Below are positions 1 to 11,092 of a stretch of DNA of 64,000 nucleotides, piece by piece (the first letter of the stretch is position 1; each line of letters starts with the position of its first letter). The notes beneath the pieces were generated by a model that saw only the letters and a list, made by a program, of their open reading frames with translations, was not told where the DNA came from and made no database searches. Location of the stretch: NCBI GenBank assembly GCA_035549255.1, contig DASZRD010000004.1, positions 8,667 through 72,666 on the forward strand, given 5' to 3'. A program made the translations under genes and the position numbers. The stretch comes from Minisyncoccota bacterium. Its GTDB lineage: Bacteria > Patescibacteriota > Minisyncoccia > Phycocordibacterales > SBAW01.

Positions 1-948
1 CAGCACGCCGAGTACGGCGGCGTGTACCCCAACCTCGCCAAGCGCGAGCACGAGAAGAATTTGCCCGTATTATTTGAGCAATTTAAGGACGAAGAGTATG
101 AGGCAATAGCCGTAACTCAAGGTCCTGGACTTGAACCCGCTCTCTGGACGGGCGTTGAGTTCGCAAAGAAATTAGCAAACGAGAAAAATCTCCCGCTTAT
201 CCCTGCCAATCATATGGAAGGGCATCTTATATCGAGCCTCGTACAAGGCGGCGAACTTAAAGACGTACAACTTCCCGTTTTAGCGTTGCTTATTTCAGGC
301 GGGCATACAGAATTCGTATTAATGAGCGAATGGTTCCGCTACGAGATCATCGGCCAGACGCTCGACGACGCCGTCGGCGAAGCATTCGACAAAGTCGCGC
401 GCATGCTGGGGCTCCCGTACCCCGGCGGGCCGCAGATATCCAAACTCGCGAGCGAGCATCGGAAAGAAATTCCGTCAGACAAATGGTCTGAGAAAAATCC
501 TTTCAAGCTTCCCCGCCCCATGATCAACGCCGACACGTGCGACGTTTCTTTCTCCGGCCTCAAGACTGCGGCACTCTACGCACTGCGCGATAGAGGCGGC
601 ATACAAAAACTTTCTCCCGACCAGATAGCCGAATTTGCCCGTGAGTTTGAAGACGCAGTCGGTGATGTACTCACTGCCAAGACATTACGTGCGCTTGATG
701 CTACCAGTGCTAAAACATTTGTGATCGGCGGCGGCGTTGCGGCCAATGCATACTTGCGAGAAAAGTTGAAGGCAGTCGTCGCGAAAGAATTCCCCGACGT
801 AGAGTTCCGTCTCCCCGAACATGCCATAACCGGCGACAACGCAATCATGATAGCCGAAGCCGCGCTCACGCGGCGGTTGGGCGGCCTCGAAGACGCCACC
901 AAAGAAGACTTCAGAGCTGTCGGAAATCTTTCTATAAAAACGAAGTGA
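1..948 (+). CDS. tsaD: tRNA N6-adenosine threonylcarbamoyltransferase TsaD (Kae1/Gcp family), 5'-partial; reading frame is open from nt 1
   Basis: Translation contains NHMEGHLISS, LLISGGHTEFVLM and DDAVGEAFDKVARMLGLPYPGGPQIS, typical of TsaD. The ORF continues in frame upstream of the listed start at 22. Confidence 0.85.
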   Translation, partial: QHAEYGGVYPNLAKREHEKNLPVLFEQFKDEEYEAIAVTQGPGLEPALWTGVEFAKKLANEKNLPLIPANHMEGHLISSLVQGGELKDVQLPVLALLISGGHTEFVLMSEWFRYEIIGQTLDDAVGEAFDKVARMLGLPYPGGPQISKLASEHRKEIPSDKWSEKNPFKLPRPMINADTCDVSFSGLKTAALYALRDRGGIQKLSPDQIAEFAREFEDAVGDVLTAKTLRALDATSAKTFVIGGGVAANAYLREKLKAVVAKEFPDVEFRLPEHAITGDNAIMIAEAALTRRLGGLEDATKEDFRAVGNLSIKTK

Positions 949-978
949 CCCCGACGATTTCTCGCCGGGGTCGAAACT
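947..978. terminator. Imperfect GC hairpin between convergent tsaD and the 987..1322 ORF (gaccccgacgatttctcgccggggtc)
   Basis: Inverted repeat seen directly after the tsaD stop codon. Confidence 0.35.
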
Positions 979-986
979 TGGAGGGC

Positions 987-1322
987 CTACTTAATGACCC
1001 AGGTACAGGGAGAGACATCCCAGCCGACGAAGTCGTTACCGAACGACCGCTTCAACTGGTCAGTCATCTTATGGAAGAACTTCTTATATTCGCGCTCAAC
1101 GAACCGCGGATCGCTACCTGCACCAGGAATAACGTACTTGAACCCGATGCCATGTTGATCTTTCGAGCATTGGCGAATGTGGATGTCGGTGTAATTCTCA
1201 CCGTTCACGCCCATGCTCCATGCGCGGGCGGTTGCCTGCAGCTGGTACAGGGGAACGGAGTCCGAAAACTTCCACATTCCCGAGATGATGGGCTGGGCGA
1301 CCCAGGTGTCTTGCTGTGTCAT
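987..1322 (-). CDS. Hypothetical protein (111 aa)
   Basis: Minus-strand ORF with protein-like composition (WKFSDSVPLYQL...FVEREYKKFFHKMTDQLKRSF). The overlapping plus ORF 945..1382 looks less protein-like. Confidence 0.4.
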   Translation of the reverse strand: MTQQDTWVAQPIISGMWKFSDSVPLYQLQATARAWSMGVNGENYTDIHIRQCSKDQHGIGFKYVIPGAGSDPRFVEREYKKFFHKMTDQLKRSFGNDFVGWDVSPCTWVIK

Positions 1323-1450
1323 TTGAGACCTCTATGGAAAGGAACAGTACGCGACATTGCGTACGCATTAACTATATCATAATTTATACAAAATAGCAAG
1401 TCTCTCCTTGACCCTTCTAAAAAAGCCTTATTTGGCGTAGTATTTGCTCT

Positions 1451-3571
<2,121 letters not shown>

Positions 3572-3587
3572 CCTATATACTAGAGGC

Positions 3588-4328
3588 ATGCTCTCTTCGG
3601 CGCTGTTCATCGCTTTCTTAGGCGGCATAGTGCCTGCACTCCTCTGGCTCATCTTCTGGCTCCTCGAAGACCGCCTCCATCCCGAACCCAAGCATTACAT
3701 CATCCTGTGCTTTATCGCCGGCATGATAACCGTCCCCTTCGCCGGCTATATCGAGCGCGCCGTATGCGGCTCGCTCTCGGGGGGCATGTGCCCGCTCCCG
3801 AACGTGTCCTTCTTTGTCCTCGTGTGCTGGGCGGCCACGGAGGAATTGCTCAAATTTGCGGCTGCCTACCTGGTAGCGCTGCGCACACGGGTGTTCGACG
3901 AGCCGCTTGATGCGGTCATTTACATGGTCACTGCGGCGCTGGGCTTTTCCGCTGCGGAAAACATGCTCTTCCTCTACAGCTGCCTGAACCTAAGCCCCGG
4001 CAGCGGATGCATTGCCCCCACCATCCTCTCTCAGGCAATCATTACGGGAGACCTGCGCTTTATGGGCGCCATGCTCCTCCATACGCTTTCTTCAGCCACG
4101 ATCGGGTTGTGTCTAGCACTCGCCTACTACCACGGCGCCCGGTCGCGGCGCCTGGCGGCCCTGGGCGGACTTATCCTTGCGACCGTGTTGCACACCTCAT
4201 TCAACTTTTTTATACTTGGGTCTGGGAGCAATGCGACATTCTGGATATTCCTCGTCATCTGGCTGGGGATTATCGCGGTTCTCCTGGGAATCGAGCGCGT
4301 CAAGCGCCCGATGCCGCACTATTCTTAA
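3588..4328 (+). CDS. PrsW-like intramembrane metalloprotease family protein
   Basis: Multi-TM protein with WAATEELLKFAA (EExxK-like) and GFSAAENMLFLY motifs. Start set at ATG 3588, downstream of the valS stop; the listed 3549 start would overlap valS. Confidence 0.55.
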   Translation: MLSSALFIAFLGGIVPALLWLIFWLLEDRLHPEPKHYIILCFIAGMITVPFAGYIERAVCGSLSGGMCPLPNVSFFVLVCWAATEELLKFAAAYLVALRTRVFDEPLDAVIYMVTAALGFSAAENMLFLYSCLNLSPGSGCIAPTILSQAIITGDLRFMGAMLLHTLSSATIGLCLALAYYHGARSRRLAALGGLILATVLHTSFNFFILGSGSNATFWIFLVIWLGIIAVLLGIERVKRPMPHYS

Positions 4329-4346
4329 CCTTTCATCTTCGTAGCT

Positions 4347-4865
4347 ATGGCGCGCGACAAAAAATCCTTATTCGACTGGCTGACCGGCGGCTCCGGCGCG
4401 GATAATGAATACTCTTTTGACGACCTCGACAGCGGCTCGAGCCTGGCGGTTACCCGCTCGCAAGCACCGAAGAAATCCCTTCCGATAACCCGCGTCGCCG
4501 AGGAGGAGCCGGCAGAGCTTCCGGAGGAGACGATGGAGGGCGAGCTTTCCATAGACATGCATCAGACACCGACCCATATAGTGATCAAGGCGATGATCGC
4601 CGGCGTGCGCCCCGAAGATCTCGATATCTCGATCACGCGCGACATGGTCACGATCCGCGGCAAGCGAGAGCGCGCGACCGAGGGCCACGCAGGCGATTAT
4701 TTTTTCCAAGAATTGTATTGGGGCACGTTCAGCCGCACTATCGTGCTCCCGCAGGAGGTAGAGATCGAGGAAGCGGAGGCAGTCGAGAAGCATGGCCTCC
4801 TCGTTATACGGCTCCCCAAGATGGACAAAGGGAGACAAGCCAAGCTCAAGGTCCGATCAAACTAA
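4347..4865 (+). CDS. Hsp20/alpha-crystallin family small heat-shock protein
   Basis: ACD-like region (DMHQTPTHIVIKAMIAGVRPEDLDISITRDMVTIRGKRE...GLLVIRLPK). Confidence 0.8.
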   Translation: MARDKKSLFDWLTGGSGADNEYSFDDLDSGSSLAVTRSQAPKKSLPITRVAEEEPAELPEETMEGELSIDMHQTPTHIVIKAMIAGVRPEDLDISITRDMVTIRGKRERATEGHAGDYFFQELYWGTFSRTIVLPQEVEIEEAEAVEKHGLLVIRLPKMDKGRQAKLKVRSN

Positions 4866-4891
4866 AAAATCCCCTTCCGGGGGATTTTTTA
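4865..4891 (+). terminator. Rho-independent terminator (aaaaatcccc-ttcc-gggggatttttt)
   Basis: Perfect GC stem followed by a T-run immediately after the hsp20 stop. Confidence 0.7.
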
Positions 4892-4927
4892 GTAAATAGC
4901 CCTGCACACATTTCACTTCGTTCAATG

Positions 4928-5000
4928 TGCTTGGGGCCAGGATCGAACTGGCGACCCCCTCCTCTTCAGGGAGATGCTCTACCAACTGAGCTACCCAAGC
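4928..5000 (-). tRNA. tRNA-Phe (anticodon GAA)
   Basis: Reverse complement gcttgggtagctcagttggtagagcatctccctgaagaggagggggtcgccagttcgatcctggccccaagca folds as a cloverleaf with a GAA anticodon loop. No CCA is encoded. Confidence 0.85.
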
Positions 5001-5045
5001 GTTACTAGAGGATTCTAGCAGAAATGCCCCTATTTAGAAACCCCG

Positions 5046-5366
5046 TTATCGCGAATTGGTTGTTGTGCCCGTGCCGCCGCCCTGGAATTGCTGTATGGCG
5101 TTTTGTGCTTGCTCCTGGAGATTTTGGATATTGCCATAGAGGCCAAGTATCTTTTGCAGATATGGTTGGAGATATAGATACGAATAGTACGAGGCGACGA
5201 TGATCGCTACGATCCAAAGCAGACGTACTGCGTACGAAAGCCATGTACCGCGGCGCACGGCATGGAGCATCTTATTGTTCTCCTGCGCAAGTGCGATATT
5301 CTGGCGCATCAATTCCTTAAGCTCCTCCACCGATGACGACTGAGGTATTTCTTGTTGCGGGTCCAT
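5046..5366 (-). CDS. Small hypothetical membrane protein (106 aa, one TM)
   Basis: ORF with a hydrophobic segment LLWIVAIIVASYYSYLYL. TATAAT lies 6 nt upstream of the ATG (tagcatataattggtgtATG), suggesting a leaderless transcript. Confidence 0.4.
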   Translation of the reverse strand: MDPQQEIPQSSSVEELKELMRQNIALAQENNKMLHAVRRGTWLSYAVRLLWIVAIIVASYYSYLYLQPYLQKILGLYGNIQNLQEQAQNAIQQFQGGGTGTTTNSR

Positions 5367-5400
5367 ACACCAATTATATGCTACATTTTGTCTTGTCCAT

Positions 5401-5472
5401 GCCGCTATAGCTCAATGGATAGAGCAATCCCGTCCTAAGGGAGAGATGTGGGTTCGATTCCTGCTAGCGGCA
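5401..5472 (+). tRNA. tRNA-Arg (anticodon CCT)
   Basis: gccgcta...tagcggc acceptor stem, D-arm gctcaatggatagagc, anticodon loop gtCCTaa, T-loop ttcgatt. Confidence 0.75.
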
Positions 5473-5479
5473 CAAAGAG

Positions 5480-5511
5480 AAAACCCGCCAAAAATATCTC
5501 AGGCGGGTTTT
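5480..5511. terminator. Bidirectional hairpin (aaaacccgcc-N12-ggcgggtttt) between tRNA-Arg and the glutaredoxin-like gene
   Basis: GC stem flanked by A-run and T-run. Confidence 0.6.
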
Positions 5512-5535
5512 CTTACAGTTATTAGTGAGATCAGA

Positions 5536-5778
5536 CTATGCCGCGATGCCGAGCTTCTGGGCCAGGCGGTCGCGCGAGAAGCCGATCATGATATCACCGT
5601 TGATGACAATGACAGGCACGCCGAGCTGCCCCGTGAGCTCTACCATCTCCGCGCGCTTCTGCGCATCGCTTGCGACATCGTAGGCGGTATACTTGACGCC
5701 CTTCTCAGCGAAGAATTCCTTCGCCATCTGGCAGAAGTGGCAGGTGGGCGTGCTGTAAATAGTTACGTTCTTGTCCAT
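5536..5778 (-). CDS. Glutaredoxin-like protein (NrdH/YruB-type, CxxC)
   Basis: 80-aa thioredoxin-fold ORF with a TCHFCQ active-site motif and GVPVIVING. Confidence 0.7.
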   Translation of the reverse strand: MDKNVTIYSTPTCHFCQMAKEFFAEKGVKYTAYDVASDAQKRAEMVELTGQLGVPVIVINGDIMIGFSRDRLAQKLGIAA

Positions 5779-5838
5779 AGCATTTATTGTTATTACTTAC
5801 TTTCTAGTATAGCATACGTGTCAAGCCCTCTCAGGGTT

Positions 5839-5909
5839 GCGGGATTAGTTTAGTGGTAGAACATGTGCTTCCCAAGCATAGGGCGCGAGTCCGATTCTCG
5901 CATCCCGCA
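5839..5909 (+). tRNA. tRNA-Gly (anticodon CCC)
   Basis: gcgggat/atcccgc acceptor stem, anticodon stem tgtgc/gcata with loop ttCCCaa, T-arm gcgag-tccgatt-ctcgc. Confidence 0.8.
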
Positions 5910-5922
5910 CAGAAACGCAGTC

Positions 5923-6321
5923 CTACAGCGAAAAAAGCGAGTGGAGAAGATTAGCCACCGGGTTGCTCGAGGAGGTGGCCTCTTGCGCTGTCGGGGCTAT
6001 GTCATTGCGCACGATATCGATCTCTCCTTCGCCGGGCAAAGCCACGCCGAAGCGCTCGCGCGCCTCGCGATCGAGCCCGTCGGGAGAGTTGAACGACTCG
6101 ACTGTCGCGCTCATATGCGCCTCATCCTGCTCGGCGCTCGCGAGCTGGGCCTCCGTCTCGTCGCGGCCGGCAGCGGCAACCCTGAAGGTGCCGTACATCC
6201 CCCACGCGGAAGAGACCGCGAAGCACGATATGCCGAAAAGGACGATCGTGGCAAGGAAGGTGGCGCCAAACCGTACGGCGTAGTGAACTCTTTTGCTGTG
6301 GGGCTTTCTAAATTCTTGCAT
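5923..6321 (-). CDS. FtsB/DivIC-like septum-formation initiator family protein (start ambiguous, alternative GTG at 6339)
   Basis: N-terminal TM, then a coiled-coil and the C-terminal motif PDGLDREARERFGVALPGEGEIDIV, similar to FtsB family ends. Confidence 0.45.
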   Translation of the reverse strand: MQEFRKPHSKRVHYAVRFGATFLATIVLFGISCFAVSSAWGMYGTFRVAAAGRDETEAQLASAEQDEAHMSATVESFNSPDGLDREARERFGVALPGEGEIDIVRNDIAPTAQEATSSSNPVANLLHSLFSL

Positions 6322-6340
6322 ATCTGCTAGGATGGGCACA

Positions 6341-6452
6341 TGTTCGGGCTATTCGGCAAACACCGCGACCGCTTTACCAAGATCTTTGCTTGGGTGGTCG
6401 GCACGCTCGTTATCGCGAGCATGATCGTAGCGTACTTCTCGCTACTCTTCTA
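6341..6452 (+). CDS. Possible small membrane peptide (37 aa, MFGLFGKHRDRFTKIFAWVVGTLVIASMIVAYFSLLF)
   Basis: Unlisted short ORF followed by a perfect GC hairpin at 6484..6511 (gggccgcagcgc-ttgc-gcgctgcggccc). Confidence 0.3.
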
Positions 6453-6638
6453 ACTCCTGAGCGTGCACCCTATCACGAGGAGGGGCCGCAGCGCTTGCGC
6501 GCTGCGGCCCTGTGCTCCACATACTACACCTATCCGACATCACTAGCAAACAAGCCATTGTGTGGATATCCCCCGCCCCCTATTTGCGCACCCGTACAGG
6601 AGGTATATAACTAGAGCCAGTTACCAGGGAGGAAGGTC

Positions 6639-6809
6639 ATGCCTATCAACTGGGTTCTATTGGCGGTAATCGTTCTTGCGGCAATCATCGTATTCATCAT
6701 CTTCTTCGTCTTCGGCGCAATGAAAGCAGCCAGCGACGCCGATGACGAGATAGAGCGGTGGGAGGAGGAGGCCGGCCTCCGCAAGAAATCCGATCGGTCA
6801 TCCATCTAG
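6639..6809 (+). CDS. Possible small membrane protein (56 aa)
   Basis: An agggaggaagg RBS lies 6 nt upstream. The TM segment is VLLAVIVLAAIIVFIIFFVFG. A terminator follows. Confidence 0.35.
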   Translation: MPINWVLLAVIVLAAIIVFIIFFVFGAMKAASDADDEIERWEEEAGLRKKSDRSSI

Positions 6810-6830
6810 TTTCAACAGCCGCCCCAGAGG
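6804..6830. terminator. Bidirectional rho-independent terminator (aacagccgcccc-agag-gggcggctgtt)
   Basis: Perfect 12-bp stem. It sits at the 3' end of both the 6639 ORF (+) and the LamG operon (-). Confidence 0.65.
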
Positions 6831-6878
6831 GGCGGCTGTTTACTACCTAAAAACCCTTGCAGTTACTGGCCAGTTCGC

Positions 6879-8969
6879 CTATCGACCCATTTGGTAAAGC
6901 TGAGCCACCTCGCTCGCCGAGAGCGCGCGGTTGTAGATGCGGACGTCGTCTATAGAGCCCGGGAAGTAATTGCCCGCCCCGCAGCCGCTGGACCCCGCCT
7001 CGGAGCCGATGCAGTCGCGTATGGCGCTGGTGTAGCGGATAGCACCGCTCGGGCTGGTGTTGTCCGAGACGTCGACGCCGTTGACATAGAGCCGGAGGGT
7101 CTCGCCGTCGTAGGTAGCCATGGCGTAGTACCAGGTATTCTGCGCGATATTGGTATCGGTTACATAATAGTAGGTGCCGCCGATGTTGACCGTGGCATCG
7201 AGCCCCGTGACGGTGTCATTGAAGGCGAGGCTGTAGCCGCCCGACTCGGTCTTGGAGAGAATGCGGGTGTTGGTGGTTGTGCTGGTAGCCCTAAACCACG
7301 CGCCAAAGGAGATGGTAGTGGGCTCGAGCGTGACGCTGCGCGGTATCGAGATATATGAGGCACTGCCGTCAAATTTGAGCGCCTGGCCGACCTTCCCTGC
7401 CACGGGCGCGGTGGTCGTGCCCAAGCTCACGAGCGTGCCGGTGTTGCCCGTGCCGCTCATATCGGCGATCGTATTTGAGCGCCAGTTGATGGTCGAGCCG
7501 TCCATAGTCCAATAGCCGACCAGGCCGGAGTTGATATTCCCTGCATTAGTCGTAGGCCCCGGCGAGTGTGCGATATTGGTCTGACCGAGACGATAGAGCT
7601 GGGACACCTCGCTAGCGGAGAGAGCGCGGTTGTAGACGCGGATATCATCGAGATAGCCCGAGAACCAGTCGCCCGAATTCCCGCCCACGAAGGCGACCGG
7701 ACACCCGTAGGTTTTTGAAATGGTTCCCACAGCCGCGCCGTTGGCATAGAGCGTCGCGGTACCGGTGTTGTTGACGAAGACGAGATACGTCCAGGCGTTC
7801 TGCGGCACGGTATAGGAGGGCGAAAAGGTGTCGTCCGAGACACCGTACGCCGTCTCGCCGGCTATGGTATTGCCCACCTGCTGCACGCGCAAACTGTATT
7901 GGCCGCTATCCATCATCGGGTAGCCGTGCGACTGGCTGGCGCTGTTGCGCAAGTTTACCCAGCCGGTAACCGTGCATGGTGCGGAGACATTTGAGCCCGA
8001 TGTGGGGATATACGCTCCCGATGCAAGCGAGAGCGCCTGACCTATCTTCCCTGCCACGGCAGTTATGGCACCGCTCACAGAGGTAAGCGTGCCGGTGATG
8101 CTGCCGACGATATCCTGCGTCGTCGGGCCCGCCCAATTAGTGGTGTTGCCGTCCATAGGCCAATAGTCAACCAGGCCCTTAGAGAGCGGTGCGGCGCTCG
8201 AGTGGCCGAGGGTGGCTCTCTGACTCTGTAGGGAGCTGATGTCGCTTTGGGTAAGCGCGCGATTATATCCCTTGAGGTCGTCTATCTGGCCGTTGAAATA
8301 GTTCGCAAGATCGCTGCAGTGGCCCGAAGCGCTGGTGAAGCTGCAGCCCTGCTGCGGGTAGCCCGCGAGAAAGTAAATGTCGTCGGGCGGCGCCCACGCG
8401 CCGCTTTGTGTGCCCTGGAGCACTCCGTCAACATAGAGCGACTGCGTCTGCGCTATGCCGTCGTAATAGAGGACGACGTTGTACCATTGCCCCGCGTTGA
8501 TAGGAGAAGAAGCGATGTCGCCGATGTTCCAGAAGCCGGCATAAAATGCGCCGTTGTAGATGCCGACGAGCGTATAGTGGTAGCCCGAGCTCGGCGCGCC
8601 ATCGCCTTCTTCGGTGAGGACACTCTGCTCGGTGGCCACGTCATTAGCCTTTACCCACATCGAGAGCGAGACGGAGGTCGGGAGCGAGCCGATGAGGCCC
8701 CAGGCGTATTGATTGGTACCATCAAGCGTGAGCGCCTGGCCATTGTGGCCGGCGGCGACGGATGCGCCATTGACGAGCGTGAGATTGTGCCCGTTGCCCG
8801 AGAGGTCGGAGACCGTGTTGCCGCTGACCGTACTGGAATCGAAGGACCAGTACGCGGTCACGCCCAGCTGATTAGCCGGCACCGAGATCGTGCTGATCCG
8901 CGCTGCGGCGTCAGCCGTAAGCGGCAGGAAAAACAGCGCGGCAAAGAGCATGTAGAAAGTCTTTTTCAT
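6879..8969 (-). CDS. Secreted LamG-domain (concanavalin A-like lectin/glucanase) repeat protein, 3 modules
   Basis: Signal peptide MKKTFYMLFAALFFLPLTADA. Three modules each end in the motif DD(I/V)R(V/I)YNRALSASEV(S/A)QLY, characteristic of Laminin_G_3 repeats. Confidence 0.75.
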   Translation of the reverse strand: MKKTFYMLFAALFFLPLTADAAARISTISVPANQLGVTAYWSFDSSTVSGNTVSDLSGNGHNLTLVNGASVAAGHNGQALTLDGTNQYAWGLIGSLPTSVSLSMWVKANDVATEQSVLTEEGDGAPSSGYHYTLVGIYNGAFYAGFWNIGDIASSPINAGQWYNVVLYYDGIAQTQSLYVDGVLQGTQSGAWAPPDDIYFLAGYPQQGCSFTSASGHCSDLANYFNGQIDDLKGYNRALTQSDISSLQSQRATLGHSSAAPLSKGLVDYWPMDGNTTNWAGPTTQDIVGSITGTLTSVSGAITAVAGKIGQALSLASGAYIPTSGSNVSAPCTVTGWVNLRNSASQSHGYPMMDSGQYSLRVQQVGNTIAGETAYGVSDDTFSPSYTVPQNAWTYLVFVNNTGTATLYANGAAVGTISKTYGCPVAFVGGNSGDWFSGYLDDIRVYNRALSASEVSQLYRLGQTNIAHSPGPTTNAGNINSGLVGYWTMDGSTINWRSNTIADMSGTGNTGTLVSLGTTTAPVAGKVGQALKFDGSASYISIPRSVTLEPTTISFGAWFRATSTTTNTRILSKTESGGYSLAFNDTVTGLDATVNIGGTYYYVTDTNIAQNTWYYAMATYDGETLRLYVNGVDVSDNTSPSGAIRYTSAIRDCIGSEAGSSGCGAGNYFPGSIDDVRIYNRALSASEVAQLYQMGR

Positions 8970-11092
8970 TTGCCGAGATTGTAGAGCTGCTTCGCTTCGT
9001 TTGCGGAGAGAGCGCGGTTGTAGACGCGTATCTCGTCGATATCACCTGCAAAGGGCGACGAGGGGGAGCTAATGAGCTCGTAGCCGTCGGTCCAGAGGTC
9101 CATGCTGCCAATACTCGAGAACCAGTTCGATGTCGATGAGCTCCCGCTCGTATAGCCCAGCCCCACGGCGGAGCCGTCGATATAGAGCGTATTGCCTAAA
9201 GAATTGACGGTGAAGGTCAGCTGATGCCACTTGGTGTCGTAGGCCAGGGTCGCCGTGGCCCGATAGAAGTCGCTTGAGCCCTTGAGCAAGAGAGAGATGG
9301 TGCCGCCAGCAGTGTAGAGCAGGCGGAAGATGTTGTTGTTGGTGCCCGACTGGCCGAGGTAAATGAGCGAGCCGTTAGTGTCGGCCGTGCGGCGGAACCA
9401 CACGCTCACACTCCCCTGAGTGTTGCCGGAAATCGCGGAGACGACCGAGGTATTGCGGATATAATCGCCCATGCCGTTGAAGTGAAGCGCCTGGCCGAGC
9501 TTGCCCGCGACCTTCATCGAGCTAGTCGCCACCGAGCCGTCGGCGTAGCCATTGTAGCCGCCGATCCTGTCATAAATTTTATCGGTCACATCGATGCCGT
9601 TGAGGCTCCAGTATGCCACGAGCCCGCTCGCGAGCGAAGAATTGTCGGAGAGGGTGATTGCGTTCGCGACTTTAGCCGCGCCTTCTTGATAGAGCTGTTT
9701 TACTTCGCCTGCCGAAAGCGCGCGGTTGTAGACCCGTACGTCGTCGATAGGACCCTTGAAAAAGTTGCCCGGCGAGTTTGACACATACTCGGAGCCGATG
9801 AGCACATTGGTCGTGGGGGTAGGCGTGCTGCAGGCATCGACCGTCGAAGTATCGAGCGTGCCGTTGATATAGAGATACTTCGTGGTCCCATCGAAGACGC
9901 CGACGACGTGATACCACGCACCGGGAGAGAGTACCGCATTGGACGTGAGAGTAAACGAGCCACAATCGCGCTGCAATTGAAGGTGGTTCGTCGATGAGAG
10001 GTTCAAGATCCACTGACCCGTAACGCCCGAATTAAACTTGGATACGATGGTTTGCGCTCCGGTAGCCGTGGTCTTTACCCACGCGCTTACGGCGAACGGC
10101 GCAGTGCCGGAAAAGCTCAGTATATTGCCGAGGTTGACATATGAGCTGCCGCTTAACGAAAGCGCCTGCCCCAGTTTTCCCTGCACGAGCATCGAACTAG
10201 TCGCAACCCCTCCACCGACGTAGCCGTTATTCCCCTGCCCGCTACTGTCCTGGATGGTGGTGCCTATGGTCGAACCGTCAAAGGTCCACCAGCCGACCAG
10301 GCCGTTTTTTAAGGTCGAGCCGCCCGCGAGCGTGCCCGCCGAGGTGTTGTACTTTACGCTCGTGGCGTTGTAGAAGTTGGCTACCTCGCCTGCCGAAAGC
10401 GCGCGATTGTAGATGCGGATGTCGTCGAGCGAGCCGTTATAGTAGGCACCCCACGTTTGTGCGTAGCCTATATAAAACGGTGCTGCACCGATGATGTTGG
10501 CGGTATCAGTACTGCTGCTATCGAGTACGCCGTTAACATACCAATAGATGGTCCCGCCGGTGCGCACAAACGTGGCCAGCGTCCACACTCCTGTCGGAAT
10601 CGTGGCAGTAGTAAGGAAATTGTGCTGTTGCGTAAGTCGCACATCAAGGTGTCCCGGATGACCAGAGTCTTGGTATATCTGCCACCCATTGTCCGAGTCA
10701 CTCGATTTTTGGCCTATGAGCCCGATTGTTGCGCCGGTGCCCCATGGCGAAGAAGGTTTGATCCAAAACGAGACGGAAAAATCTCCCGTACCAAAATTAT
10801 AGGCAGAAGTAAATCCGCGGCTCGCGACCTGAATGGAAGAGCTGTTAAACGATAGTGAGGAACCAATCTTGCCGGGAGTCCATGTTGGAGAGTTGTAGAG
10901 ATCAAGATTGTAGCCGTTTCCGCTGTAGTCGCGTGCCGTGGCACCGCTTCCTTCGTCAAACTTCCAATAACTCAAGAGACCGAAATTGTTGGCGGGCGTG
11001 ATGATCGCAGCCTGCGCAGCATTCGCCCATGCAAAGGCGACGTAGACGATAATACTCGCGAGGATAATCTTATGTTTTAGCGAAATTGCCAT
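8966..11092 (-). CDS. Secreted LamG-domain repeat protein, 4 modules
   Basis: Start placed at MAISLKHKIILASIIVYVAFAWANAAQA (signal peptide). Four modules end in IDD(I/V)R(I/V)YNRALSAGEV..LY. The stop overlaps the downstream LamG gene by 4 nt. Confidence 0.75.
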   Translation of the reverse strand: MAISLKHKIILASIIVYVAFAWANAAQAAIITPANNFGLLSYWKFDEGSGATARDYSGNGYNLDLYNSPTWTPGKIGSSLSFNSSSIQVASRGFTSAYNFGTGDFSVSFWIKPSSPWGTGATIGLIGQKSSDSDNGWQIYQDSGHPGHLDVRLTQQHNFLTTATIPTGVWTLATFVRTGGTIYWYVNGVLDSSSTDTANIIGAAPFYIGYAQTWGAYYNGSLDDIRIYNRALSAGEVANFYNATSVKYNTSAGTLAGGSTLKNGLVGWWTFDGSTIGTTIQDSSGQGNNGYVGGGVATSSMLVQGKLGQALSLSGSSYVNLGNILSFSGTAPFAVSAWVKTTATGAQTIVSKFNSGVTGQWILNLSSTNHLQLQRDCGSFTLTSNAVLSPGAWYHVVGVFDGTTKYLYINGTLDTSTVDACSTPTPTTNVLIGSEYVSNSPGNFFKGPIDDVRVYNRALSAGEVKQLYQEGAAKVANAITLSDNSSLASGLVAYWSLNGIDVTDKIYDRIGGYNGYADGSVATSSMKVAGKLGQALHFNGMGDYIRNTSVVSAISGNTQGSVSVWFRRTADTNGSLIYLGQSGTNNNIFRLLYTAGGTISLLLKGSSDFYRATATLAYDTKWHQLTFTVNSLGNTLYIDGSAVGLGYTSGSSSTSNWFSSIGSMDLWTDGYELISSPSSPFAGDIDEIRVYNRALSANEAKQLYNLGK

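Noticed and set aside
945-1382. Plus-strand ORF 945..1382 overlapping minus ORF 987..1322
   Set aside because: It begins inside the tsaD terminator and has poor composition. The minus-strand ORF looks more protein-like. Neither is certain.
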